NCBI GenBank assembly: GCA_951406725.2
Contig: OX597820.1
Coordinates: forward strand, 123,442,001-123,506,000
From: Octopus vulgaris
Taxonomy: Eukaryota
Direction: 5' to 3'
Length of the DNA: 64,000 nt
How positions within the stretch are numbered: the first letter of the stretch is position 1; every line of letters begins with the position of its first letter. The position numbers were made by a program, and so were the translations under genes. Under the pieces are notes generated by a model. It searched no databases. It was not told the DNA's origin and saw only the letters and a list, made by a program, of their open reading frames with translations. This document shows, one piece after another, positions 26,130 through 39,078 of the stretch.

Positions 26130-27270
26130 GGTGGATCTTATGGTAGCCCCTTTCGCCTGTGCAATCATTCCTTTCACCTGATTGTTTTTCTCAGGGTCTT
26201 GGGTGGATATGGTACAACCACTCCAGTGCTTTGCGGTGCTTTTCATCACTGCTGAGGTGATGGTGGGTGGTCTTCCTGACTGTGACCTGGTGTGGCAGAA
26301 TCTACTGAGGTCATGGTTGTCTTGATAGTTACTGTCATAGCATAGTCTGAGGAGGCAGCCCAGTTCCCTCGTGTTGACGTCAGAGAACGTCACTTCACTC
26401 TCACAGATAGCATCAAAAGATTTCTCCTCAGCAAAATATGTCTATAGATGGTTAGAATAACATTAGAGTAAAATTAAGGTGGTGAGCTGGCAGAAACGTT
26501 AGCACGCCGGGAGAAATGCGTAGCCGTATTTTGTTTGCCGTTACGTTCTGAGTTCAAATTCCGCCGAGGTCGACTTTGCCTTTCATCTTTTCGTGGTCGA
26601 TAAATTTAGTACCAGTTACGCACTGGGGTCGATATAATCGACTTAATCCGTTTGTCTGTCCTTGTTCGTCTCCTCTGTGTCTAGCCCCTTGTGGGTAGTA
26701 AAGAAATAGGTTAGAGTAAAATTACAGCCATACTACCCACTACAGAACCTGTGAGGTCGTTGAAGTGGTTGATACAACTATTTCTACATGAAGATCCTTC
26801 TTGTTCACACAGACATCTGGGGACATTTCAATGAATGGTCGTAATACATGTGAGAGGAATTAGGATAATCTATAATTGCTGGAAATATTCGCTCCGCAAA
26901 CTAGTTGGGTTGGGAGCCCCATAACGGGGTTTACATAGGGTTTATGGTCTTTACGTAACCCGTATAGCGTGGGAACATCTTCGTTGAAAGCTTGAAAATT
27001 GTGTGCAGTCCGTTTCTTGGACTGGAATAAGTTGCACCACATTCCCATGTGGGCATTGAAGAGTTTTCCTTCTCTTTCATGTTCCTGTGCTGCAACATCT
27101 CTGAAGCTACTGATGTGTTGTTGTATGATCTGGGCATAGTGCTGTAAGCTGTCTATTGACAGTCTGCCAGACCTGTCCGTAGGGAGATATAGTAATTCTT
27201 TGTTCCTAATTCGCTGTTTCAGTTTTTGTATGCCTTTGGCAACAGATGAACTGAGTTGGTGGGTCTCCTC
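26130..27270 (-). mobile_element. Degenerate PLE-type RT N-terminal fragment (different lineage), interrupted by a SINE
   Basis: GIQKLKQRIRNKELLYLPTDRSGRL...VPTLYGLRKDHKP...LPTQLVCGA, later VVGSMAV..PSID resembling RT motif A. Confidence 0.7.
26477..26710 (+). mobile_element. SINE family A with 14-bp TSD
   Basis: TSD ttagagtaaaatta at 26463-26476 and 26711-26724. Confidence 0.92.
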
Positions 27271-27319
<49 letters not shown>

Positions 27320-27989
27320 GCACAGGCATACATACCTAGATACATACTATATGGCTGCACCTTTATGCATATTTCATATAAAAATACATTTGTAAGTAGA
27401 TTTTTATTTATACATACGCACACATATATAAATATATAACTGTCTATACACACACATGCACACACACACGCACACACACATATACATGTATTTATATTTG
27501 TTATACACACGTGGATAAACATATATAATACATAGATACATGTGTGGCGTATGTGTTTTGTGTGTGTTTGTGTGTTTGTTTCATGTATGTGTGTTTTATG
27601 TGTGTGTATGTCTACAGACCCACCAACGCACACCGCAGTATTTTGTACATTATTACGTAGACATACCTCTGGCCGCTGGCTGCAAATTCAATAATGTTTC
27701 CAAACTCTAATATTACTGTAGCATATAATGACCACCTTAATCTTATTATGCGCAAAACACTACTTACTCGAGACCAATCCGCTCTTTCCTGCAGGCATAT
27801 CAAAGTTCACAAACAGTTTTCATAGATAAAAATATGCAAAATTGGGATTAAAACAAATTTAGCTAAGGTTCGTTCAGGTTCGAATGATAATTGAAAACTT
27901 CGAAGATTACTAATTTCTTTTAGTCTTTTACAGTACTATGAACGAATTCTATCTAGTCTCATAGAATAACAAACTGTGTCATTTTTACT

Positions 27990-28260
27990 TGAAGAAATAC
28001 TCCTATTATGCTGTACTCGGTGACACTTTCTTTCAACGACCATACGCACTTGGCCAGGGTTGTTTCGTCACGTCTTACCGGTACATTGAAGGAGGACCTG
28101 TTGTTGTTATAGTGGGTTTTGAACGGGCCTTCAGTTGCTCCCACTTACTTTCGCACGTTTGGTCGTCCATTTGCTCCTATTGCTGTTACAATAATAGGAC
28201 TCTTAACTTAACACTTGCTCAGTTCGTTTCATCATCTTTTTTACAGCAACCACAAACAGG
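27990..28260 (-). mobile_element. Degenerate PLE GIY-YIG fragment
   Basis: VGATEGPFKTHYNNNRSSF...ETTLAKCVWSLKES..EYSI, matching the YIG.T...FK.RY..H..SF...T.LS.YIW.LK pattern of the other copies. Confidence 0.75.
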
Positions 28261-28319
28261 ATGTGTCTTTGCACCAGCAACAACAGAGAGCAGACTCCAC
28301 ATTTCATTCCATAACCGTC

Positions 28320-28402
28320 ATCTCTGAAGAGCGCAAGGTTACACTATTGGACAGTCATCTAACCCTCCATTGAACACCTAGTGCAAAAGCGATTGATAAG
28401 AT
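28320..28402 (+). ncRNA. Degenerate hammerhead-like motif
   Basis: atct-CTGAAGA-gcgcaagg...cctagtgc-AAAA-gcgattga-TA-agat; stem I atct/agat. Confidence 0.5.
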
Positions 28403-28762
28403 TGGCCGCAATGGGTATATATTACTGCACACTTCGAATAATTATATATATATATATATGTATAGGCGTGGCAATAGAGGTGATAAATATATAGATATAT
28501 CTATATGTATGTGTGTCCTTGTGATGCGTTTCTCAACCCCCACCCCAAGCCAACAGCACTTGGCGATCGGTGTTGATGTGCATAGGTCCTCATAACTTAG
28601 CAGTTCGGCATAAGAGACGATGAAATAAGTTCAAGCTTAAAATGTAAGTGCTGGGATCAATGTGTCCCATTAAAGTTCTACAACACATGGTTCTCCCCAG
28701 TATGGCTGCATTCTTCTAATGATTGAAAAAATTAAAAGATTAAAGATATATGCATATATATG

Positions 28763-28861
<99 letters not shown>

Positions 28862-29277
28862 CACATATATGTATGTGCATGTGTGTTCGGCATTTATTGC
28901 CGCTTGATAACCGGTGCTGGTTTGTTTACTTCCCCGTAATGTAGTTGTTCAGCAAGAGAGAGATGGAATAAAGGCCAGGATCATATCCTAATATCATTCA
29001 ATGAGTTGCCTCTGTATGGGCGCAGTCTAGTTACTGAAACAAATAAAAGGTAAAAGATAAGAAATAACGATTCATATACATAGATACTTATATGTTAAAA
29101 TATGCTCAATGACGTAATAAAAAGGGTATTGTGACTATACATGTATGTATATGCACACACACACGCGCACACATACACACACATATATACATATATATAC
29201 ATACATACATATGTATATATACATATATATACATATACATACACACACACATGTATATATATATTTTTTTTTTCTTA

Positions 29278-29569
29278 CGACCAGGTTATCAGATGTTGCT
29301 ACACATCGCTGCTCACAATGCGCTTCGCATTGCTTTAGCCTTCAAAAGACACCACCCCGCTGGTTAAGCGAGCAGGCCAACAGAAGAAAGAGTGAGAGAA
29401 TTTTGTGGCGAAAGAGTACAGCAGGGATCGCCACCACCCCCTGCCGGAGCCTCGTGGAGCTTTTAGGTGTTTTCGCTCAATAAACACTCACAACGCCCGG
29501 TCTGGGAATCGAAAACGCGATCCTACGACCGCGAGTCCGCTTCCCTAACCGCTGGGCCATTGCGCCTCC
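29278..29569 (-). mobile_element. tRNA-derived SINE family C copy
   Basis: Head ggaggcgcaatggcccagcggttaggg; matches 10242-10523. Confidence 0.88.
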
Positions 29570-29579
29570 ACACACACAC

Positions 29580-29635
<56 letters not shown>

Positions 29636-29705
29636 ATATATTCAATATATATATATTAATATATATATATATATCAATATATATATATTAATATATATAT
29701 ATATA

Positions 29706-29743
<38 letters not shown>

Positions 29744-29803
29744 TATATATATTAATATATATATATATTAATATATATATATATTAATTATATATATATA
29801 TAT

Positions 29804-30060
29804 GAAATTGAAAACGCAAATCATAGGCTACTCAAACAGATTTTCCCGAACGCATAAATGAAGATATTCAATCAAATTAATTGAATCATGTATATTTATA
29901 CACATCAACATAAATCCTGCAAGTACAGGCGTAAAGATTCTCCGTGTACAATGCCTGATTTATGTTGACGTGTATATTTGATTCAATTACTTTTATTGAA
30001 TGTCTTCATTTATGCGCTTCGAAATCTCTTTCACTGCCTATGATTTGCGTTTTCAATTTC
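29804..30060. mobile_element. Foldback/MITE-like imperfect hairpin (~257 bp)
   Basis: gaaattgaaaacgcaaatcataggc / gcctatgatttgcgttttcaatttc; inner pairs gcataaatgaagatattcaat and tcaacataaatc; abuts (TA)n. Confidence 0.8.
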
Positions 30061-30149
30061 CTCTACATATATTTTTTCGCAATGTTTTCGCAATATCTTC
30101 TATATTAGCCCATACCGTCTATATAGCATTATATATATATATATATATA

Positions 30150-30307
30150 CTTTATTTAAAGCAGCAGAACATTCAACAAAACCTATTACTCTGAGTTTCA
30201 CGTTCCCGTTCGTCGGACAGTTTTTTCTAGCAAAAACTGTCCGACGAACGGGAACGTAAAACTCTGAGTAACAGGTTTTGTTGAATGTTCTGCTTCTTTA
30301 AATAAAG
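30150..30307. repeat. Palindrome (~76-bp arms) of two head-to-head hammerhead motifs
   Basis: Arms 30150-30225 and 30232-30307 are near-perfect reverse complements. Confidence 0.93.
30183..30220 (-). ncRNA. Minimal type I hammerhead, CCGACGA core
   Basis: Minus strand: ctgt-CCGACGA-acg-ggaa-cgt-GAAA-CTCAGAG-TA-atag. The plus-strand twin at 30237-30274 has AAAA in place of GAAA. Confidence 0.75.
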
Positions 30308-30542
30308 CATATTACTCTACCACTGGTATTTGAGTACTCTTTCCCCCAGCTTGTTTCACATTTATGTGTTTACTTCGGTATATATATATATAGATAGATA
30401 GATAATAAGGGTAAATAATATCTTTAATGTTTTTTTTTAAAAAAAAACCCAATTATTTATGGGTAGATTTCGGCATGTAAATATAACCATTAACGGTAGG
30501 AACTTTTATAAAATTTCAATATATATTTTTGTGTATACATAA

Positions 30543-30733
30543 AAGAGGCAGGCAACAGGTTGCTTAGCCACAAACCGAAAGATTAGAAATAGCAGTCAAA
30601 GACTTTATTTCAATTTTCTACAAATGACACTCCACATACGGACATATCCCTGTAATTCACATATGCAAAACAGAAGGAAGAAATAACGAAAACAAATCTT
30701 TCGGAATGTCGCGAAGCAACCTGTTGCCTGCCT

Positions 30734-30736
<3 letters not shown>
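30543..30736. mobile_element. MITE-like element with ~42-bp terminal inverted repeats
   Basis: aagaggcaggcaacaggttgctt...ccgaaagatt / aatctttcgg...aagcaacctgttgcctgcctctt. Confidence 0.8.
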
Positions 30737-30771
<35 letters not shown>

Positions 30772-30774
30772 TAG

Positions 30775-31180
30775 GCATTAAAACGTTCTTTGACTAGTTC
30801 CGTAGCTCGCCAGTAGATGGCAGCACACAGTTACGGGCGCAGTGGGAGCTTGCAGAGACCTTCATGAGGCAGTATGGCATTCTTGTGTTTACTTCGCAAG
30901 TGGCGAAATTTGTGTTTTCTTATCACGTTATGCTGTTGTCTGCGATTTTGTCATGGACAGCAACTAAGAGCAAACGTGAAATTTTGCGTTAAACTTATTT
31001 TGCGTTAAAGATAGAAAGTCTTCGACATAGACATTGGACATGTTTCGACAAACTTACGGCAACGACGCATTGTTTCGAGAGACACGGGGACTTCAAAAGC
31101 AGAAGATCGTCCTTGGAAGACGATGAATTATTCGGGAGACCTGCCTCTTGCATCACGACCGGAAATGTAGTAGTGTACAT
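30775..31180 (+). mobile_element. Mariner-like transposon relic (N-terminal HTH fragment)
   Basis: QLRANVKFCVKL; LDMFRQTYGNDA; CFERHGDFKSRRSSLEDDELFGRPASCITTGNV (mariner EDxxRSGRP-type motif). Confidence 0.75.
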
Positions 31181-31375
31181 CGAGAATTCATTCTCTAGGG
31201 CCAATACGTCCGAGGGAGAACATTCGGCGAAAGCAACCGAATCTCTGTTTTCTGGGTCTAAATAATAGTAGCATTTTTCACTTTATTGGGAGTGTCACAT
31301 TAAGTTGGCAACAAACCATCACTTTATCGTGGTGCTACTGTATAAGATCTCTCTGAGAGGTTTAGAAATGTAATA

Positions 31376-31431
<56 letters not shown>

Positions 31432-31838
31432 CTTAGCTTGGAAGGTCTCTTGGTTCAGAGGTCGACGGCATTGTGTGAGTGGAGGAGGCCAAAAACCGAA
31501 TTTTCCACAGGTCGGACATAGAAACGATGAGCTGAGTGTTGGACGCGATCTAGCAGCAGCCGCAGACCCTGAGCTCCGAGCTCATCGAGCCATTGAGGAT
31601 GCCTTGTCTCGAGGGTTTAACAAGCGTGATGGCAGATGGTCCGCCATCAGTTTCAGTCTGCAGCGAAACATCCCACATCCGAGGAGGAATGTTGCAGTTC
31701 CGTTGTCCTCTAGTGGATGGTTGGCTTTCCGCGTAGTAAACAATATGGGGAAAACAGAAGTCAATAAGATGGTCATTCTAGTGACGTTGACGCTTGATAA
31801 TATGGCATTCACTGATAAAAGAGTTTCAGTGTTCTAAG
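31432..31838 (-). mobile_element. Degenerate LINE (RTE-like) 3' fragment
   Basis: GC-rich; minus frame ends ...SSFLCPTCGKFG (terminal CxxC finger) next to (TA)n; family is inference. Confidence 0.4.
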
Positions 31839-31839
31839 A

Positions 31840-32181
31840 TTGCTTGATATGGAACCCTGTCATTATATGAGACCCTCAGGATACGTTGGAAGTACTCTCA
31901 ACATCTGTAAAAAGGCACTCTCAACTTATGTATGTACTTATGAAATGGAACAAATGTCCTTCTCGAGCCAAAGTTTCATAAGGCCAGTTTTGCGGATTTT
32001 GCAATGTATATATTATTCTCCGCTGGATAAGACGCCAGTCACTCGTAGGATTACTCATCTTTGCCAGTTGAGTGGACTGAAGCAACATGAAATGAAGTGT
32101 TTTGCTCAAGAACACAACGCGTCGCCCCGGCCATACATCGAAACCACAGTCTTACAACGATGACTGCTAAGCTACGTGCCG
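31840..32181 (-). mobile_element. SINE family D copy
   Basis: tttgctcaagaacacaacgc...taagctacgtgcc as in 12822-13129. Confidence 0.7.
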
Positions 32182-32185
32182 CCAC

Positions 32186-32221
<36 letters not shown>

Positions 32222-32231
32222 CATACATACA

Positions 32232-32263
<32 letters not shown>

Positions 32264-32379
32264 CATACATACATATAATATATATATATAAGTATATATT
32301 ATATGTGTGTGTCTGTATCTGTGTATGTTTGCAATACTCACAGACAGACACATACACGCACATACGTATGTATGTTTTA

Positions 32380-32595
32380 AGGTTGTGAGTTGGCAGAATC
32401 GTTGGTATGTCGGACAAAAAGTCCTTAGCGGTATATTTCTTCCAACTTCAAGTTCTGAGATGAAATTCCGTCGAAGACGTTGCCGTTCATCTTTTGAGGA
32501 CTGTTGAACTAAAAACCATTTAAACACGGATGTCGATGTAATTGTCCTACTCCTTCTATGGAACTGCCGACGACCTTGTGCCAAAATTCGAAGCC
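32380..32595 (+). mobile_element. Diverged SINE family A-related copy
   Basis: aaggttgtgagttggcagaatcgttgg...gttctgagatgaaattcc...cttgtgccaaaattcgaa. Confidence 0.65.
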
Positions 32596-33699
32596 ATATA
32601 TGTGTATCACTTAATATTTCACGTTGTAGAGCACATTGTACGTTAGCAGATGGATGCAATGTTTGGTAATGGAAAACCATGTAGATGAGAAAAATACACG
32701 TTTTATCAGTTTTCTAATATATTCTTTATTCTAAGAATATTGTATAGCCCGAATCTATGCAATAAACATTGACAAAATTACTATATTATATTTATTTCGA
32801 GCAAAAAGGAAAAGGATGTTTATCTTGAAGACTTTCAGTGAAATTTTATTATGCCTTCTACTATCATTTGTGTGTGCAGGATTTCATAATGGCAAACTTG
32901 AATAATCTTGTGAATACCTGGGAGGCAGCGATTCTGGGACAATAAATGTTCACAACCGACTGGGTTATATATATCACTACATAGGGATCTATCTGCACTT
33001 TGGTGAATTCAAGCGACTGCATATATGTTATGTAATAATAAACATCCGGGAAAGGAGGAGTCCGTCCATCCATGTATGATTGTATGTATGCATGTATGTA
33101 AGTATATATAAACATACATATATATGCACATGTAGAAATACAATATGCATAAACACACAGGCATAAACATGCACACACATACACACACACACACACATAT
33201 ATATATATACACAAGCATAAACGTGTGCACACACATATACACACATATTAAAATATTCATGTACGAGGGTGAAGGAATGTATATTTTGGTACGTATGTAC
33301 ATGCACGCATTCATATATACTTGTAACTTGATGTCTGTGTGTACTTGTTCATGAATATATTTATATGTATGTATGTTTGTGAATATTAATATTTATATAC
33401 GCATAGTTATATAGAAACAAATATACCAATGAACAAGCACATATGTAATACATACACACATAAATACATAATACATACATACATAATACATACATACATA
33501 CATACATATATACAAGCAACATGTGTTCAAAATGTTTTTGAATTTTGGCTACTGGCATCTCTATGTTATATCATTAAGTTGGCAAAACTTGCCCAATGGT
33601 TGTTGGATTGTTTATTCTTTAGTTTCATACATAACATATAGACATAAATTTTATAGTTTATTTTACAGCTTTGCTAATGAATGGTGAAAAAAATTACAA

Positions 33700-34105
33700 T
33701 TGGAGCCAATATATGCTGCCTGTGATAAAAAGGAAACAAGTACAGGGGAAGTGGCATAAATGATGTAGAAGGCCCAGGAACTGTCAACGAATATGTGCAC
33801 GAAACTGGCTCTGATGTTTTCAAGGAAGGTGAACCAAGGTTAGGGAGACCTTCTGTCGTGGAAGATGATGCTATGTTTGAAGTAGTTGAACAACGCCCAA
33901 ACACCAGCACACGTACCTTGTCGCCACAATGGTTCTTTACAAAGCAGCATGTATCAGCAACTCCATAAGCTCGACCTCGTAAATGAAAGGTGCCGAGAAG
34001 CTCCCCATGAATTGGTCCATGACCAGGCTCAATGACGTGTAACTATTTGCAAACAAATGCTGGCAGATTCTCAAGATGCCCGCTTTTGGCGCTGAATTTT
34101 AACTG
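33700..34105 (+). mobile_element. Mariner-like transposase relic
   Basis: GRPSVVEDDAMFEVVEQRPNTSTRTLS; QLHKLDLVNERCREAPHELVHDQAQ*RVTICKQML (WVPHEL-like motif). Confidence 0.75.
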
Positions 34106-34614
34106 AATTTTATTAGGATCGATTTACGTATTTCCTAATAAAAGAAATCTGTAGTTTCGTTCTGGCCGAGCTTCAGAACCTCTTGACAAACGTGTGTTGG
34201 TGGAATTTCGAGGAGGGCGCTGCGCTTTGAGCTTCTCGCAGATGGTTATATATAGGTGATAAATAAAAATATATGCATACATACAAACATATATGTACGT
34301 ACCTACATCTACATGTATATATACATGCATATATAAATAATTATACGTGAGTACAGAACACCACAATAAGACGTAGAAACGGGAAAAACAAAAAAACAGA
34401 AACCAAGAAAACGAAAAAAACAGTTACAGGACGAACTACACAAGGAAAAAAACCCCGTCATCAGCTGTCGCTAGTGGAGTCAAGCATGTTTCGAAGGCAA
34501 GGTACTGTAAGTTTAGAGGGAATACTTGATAAGTGTAAGCACCTGTATATGCCAGATAGTGGCAGAGGTGAGAGAATATATCAAACATAAATTGAAAACA
34601 GAACACAAATGATA

Positions 34615-34715
34615 TTGCGGTACATGTGTTTCAAGCTTTCTAAACAATATGTTGTTATATCGGCATAGGTATATTATTGATATAAAAGAGGGTTTAAAGC
34701 CCTCTTCAGCCGCAA
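34615..34715 (-). ncRNA. Type I hammerhead with long stem II
   Basis: Minus strand: ttgcgg-CTGAAGA-gggcttt...aaagctt-GAAA-CACATG-TA-ccgcaa; 6-bp stem I, intact core. Confidence 0.82.
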
Positions 34716-35031
34716 ACGTTCTTAGTCAAAAGATTACATCACAAAATGAAAAGTACACATAGTATTACCCATTATAATAGCTTTATCATATCTCTTTGAA
34801 AAGGTATATTTGTATAAATGTTCGTTGGATTTCAAAACACTGCCCATACTGTACCACCATTCAGTGAATGTTAGATAGATTGGATTGAGTTTATATTTAA
34901 TTAGCGTGTATAAGATAGAAAGAAAACATAAAAGTTAAAAAATAAAAGTCAAAAGATAAAGTAAGAAATAAAAGTAATAGAAGTAAAAACAAGAGTAATA
35001 AAAGTAAAAACAAGGATAATAAAAGTAAAAA

Positions 35032-35072
<41 letters not shown>

Positions 35073-35076
<4 letters not shown>

Positions 35077-35290
35077 AACTTCATTGTTATGGCCCTTCAG
35101 AGAGTGCCCATTGATTTCGCACTATAATGCACTTAGCCGTATAGACGACTCCAAAGATTCAAATGGCCGTAGGCATATAACTTAATGGCCTACGGCGATT
35201 TGAGTGTGACGAGTCACCTATACAGCTAAGTGCTCTGTAAGTGCGCAACCAATGGTCACTCTCTCGTAGGCCATAACAATCAACTTCCTA
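35073..35290. repeat. Long rod-like imperfect hairpin (~218 bp), TA-flanked
   Basis: taggaacttcattgttatggcc / ggccataacaatcaacttccta; pairing continues to gccgtaggc / gcctacggc around a 13-nt loop. Confidence 0.9.
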
Positions 35291-35689
35291 CAAATATATT
35301 ATTCCTCTTATGTTTTAGAGAGTATTTCCTTCTCGGTTTTTCGGATATATGAATTATTGACGATATATATTTACATACATTGTATATATTCGGTTCTATA
35401 TGACTTTGAGTTTCGCCTGTCGGCTTATTCGAGTAATGGGTTATTATATTAGTGTCAGGCGAAACCTTAATTTTGTGCCAACATTAACTTTAGGATAAAT
35501 TTACTCTCTCTCTTCACGGAGCCACACAACCAGTAAATACACCATTCTTAAAGTTTCTTCAAAATATTAACTCGAACAGGAACACACACGTACAGACACA
35601 CATACGACGCGCAGGAATACACATACTCACATGTTCAGCAATCTCTGTAGTTATGTATGTACTCACGTATCAACATATCTCTTTTATTC

Positions 35690-35906
35690 TTTTACTCTTT
35701 TACTTGTTTCAGTCATTTCACTGCGGCCATGCTGAAGCATCACCTTTTAGTCGAGCAAATCGACCCCGGGACTTATTTTTTGTAAGCCCAGTACTTATTC
35801 TATCGATCACTTTTGCCAAACCGCTAAGTGACAGGGACGTGAACACACCAGCATCGGTTGTCAGGCAATGCTAGGGGGACAAACACAGACACACAAACAC
35901 ACACAT

Positions 35907-35963
<57 letters not shown>

Positions 35964-36128
35964 TACGACAAGCTTCTTTCAGTTTCCGTCTACCAAATCC
36001 ACTCACAAGGCATTGGTCGGCCCGGGGCTATAGCAGAAGACACTTGCCCAAGATGCCACGCAGTGGGACTGAACTCGGAACCATGTGGTTGGTTAGCAAG
36101 CTACTTACCACACAGCCACTCCTGCGCC
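35690..36128 (-). mobile_element. tRNA-derived SINE family B with internal (TA)n/(CA)n
   Basis: Head ggcgcaggagtggctgtgtggtaagtagcttgc...gagttcagtcccactgcgtggc. Confidence 0.9.
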
Positions 36129-36493
36129 TATATAAACAACATGTGTCATTGTATAACCATTTATATAGTATAATAATGAATATAATCATATAATATGTAA
36201 TTTAAATTCAGACTGTGACGTACATAATGATATTATAACTTTGTGGATTGGATCATTAAATGTTAGTTTAAATGTCTACATGTACGTCTATGCATATATA
36301 TACTCACTCCATCTCACGTAAGTACACGCATAAATATATATACATGTGTGTATACATATGTATGTGTATATGTACGAACATAGTAAATTCGTATATGTCT
36401 GTGTCTGTCTGCCTGTCTCTCTGTTCGTCCATCTGTCTGTCAGTATGTAGGTCTGTATAACTACGCGTATATATATATATATATATATATATA

Positions 36494-36518
36494 GGAATAT
36501 ATATACATACTTATATTT

Positions 36519-36599
<81 letters not shown>

Positions 36600-36648
36600 A
36601 ATATATATACATACTTATATTTATGTACACACACACACACATATATAT

Positions 36649-36699
<51 letters not shown>

Positions 36700-36760
36700 T
36701 ATATATATAGGAATATATATACATACTTATATTTATATACACACACACATACACACACGC
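36494..36760. repeat. Compound minisatellite: 3 copies of ggaatatatatacatacttatattta separated by (CA)n(TA)n
   Basis: Anchors at 36494, 36598 and 36710. Confidence 0.85.
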
Positions 36761-37366
36761 AAAAATACATATATATATATTATATATATACGTCTGTATG
36801 TGTGTGTGTGTGGATGCATACATATGTAATACACGTACTTATATGTACACTTATGCCAGTATACGGAGGAAATAGAATACATTTTCAATGCAATCACAGA
36901 ATATACATTATTTAAATTTACTATGTAAAATTATATAATCAAGTTATTTATTCATTTATTGATTGAATCTTTCAATATATATACACGTGTATACATACAT
37001 ACATACATAAATTCATAATCTAGGTATGTATGTCGTGTGTATATGCACACATACTATGCATATATACATATACTTACATAAACGGTACACGCCTGTATAT
37101 ACATCTGTGCCAATTGGCGCATATATGTTGGTATGCAAATATACTCATCAAAACATGAGTTCATATGTGTTTGCCTGTATGAAGGCTTCATTCTCACACA
37201 CAAACACACACATATATGTATATGTATATATATATATATGTATGTATGTATGTATAAATTTATGTGTTTGTGTCATTATATAACGATAGCTATATTCATG
37301 TTTATGTTTCCTTCTTATTCTGTTCACTTCCCATATATATATATACATACATATATACATACAAAT

Positions 37367-37409
<43 letters not shown>

Positions 37410-37418
37410 TGTGTGCGC

Positions 37419-37523
<105 letters not shown>

Positions 37524-38024
37524 CACATATATACATATTTCTATGCACACATATATCTACATACATATATATCGGTATTCATATGTATGTGTTGGCAAAT
37601 GTATATACATACTTAAATACACATACAGACTCACGCGCACACACACACACATAAGCACACACACGCGGACGCGCGCACACACACACACAAATATATATAT
37701 ATATATATATATACGTACATATATACATCCGCTTGTTAGCTCTTCTGTCTGTGGTGATAAAGTTTTACAGTATGAAGTAGTTACTAGCCATGTCATTATG
37801 CAAACATAGAGATACAGAAAATAATTTGCTGAACGATTTTGAGGCTTTGAACATCAAATGATTTATTAAATCTTTTATTTTTTCAATCACAATTTAAAAA
37901 AAAAAATTATGAAATATTTACTTTTAATTTAAGTAGAATCTTTTATAGTAATGCATTTATGTTATAACTTGTATACAGTTAAATTTATCATTATATTTTT
38001 ATATAACTAAGTTATTTCTAACGT

Positions 38025-38083
<59 letters not shown>

Positions 38084-38120
38084 GTTTGTTTCTGTATGCA
38101 TATATACATACATACATCAA

Positions 38121-38240
<120 letters not shown>

Positions 38241-38389
38241 ATATGTATATATATATGTATATATATATGTATATATATATGTATATATATATATGTATAT
38301 ATATATGTACATATATATATGTATATATATATATGTATATATATATGTATATATATGTATATGTATGTATATGTATGTGTATATGTATG

Positions 38390-38429
<40 letters not shown>

Positions 38430-38445
38430 TATATGTGTTATTATG

Positions 38446-38505
<60 letters not shown>

Positions 38506-39078
38506 AGAGTGTGTATGTATGTATTTATTGATTACTTTTGTTTACACTGAGTTATAAGTAACTAGATTGGTGGCTTTAAATAAATTCTAACCAATTTCAG
38601 TAATGCGTAGTTATTCTGGTTGCAGGTACGAGTGAAAGATGGAGCTACGCGTTTGAAATTTAATCTATTAATAACAAACTCGGTTTTGTGGAATAGTTCA
38701 TTTCATACTAGTTATGTTTATTGTCTTCCTTCTTTTGCAATATTTAAATACTTACAGTTTATTAATCACTCAAAATAAATATAATTATTAAAAAAAAAAA
38801 TGGAATTCTATATATGAAAATTTTCAAAATGTTTACTCGTTTGTGTGAATATAAATAGCAACTACTTTTATACTAAAGTAATATATTTACTAGCTATTTA
38901 TTCAGGTATTTTGGTATATAGTGATTCTTTTAGAAGTATCGAGTTCTCTACTTAACATGTTTATTTATCGACAGTCGAAGAATGAGACGCAAAATGTACC
39001 TCGGAGAAATTCGAACTCGAAGTGCAGGAAGTCGTATCAGAAACACATATAACACAATCTATCCGATGCTCCAAGAAA

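Noticed and set aside
36494-36760. CRISPR-like repeat-spacer appearance
   Set aside because: Spacers are microsatellite, the context is eukaryotic and there are no cas genes
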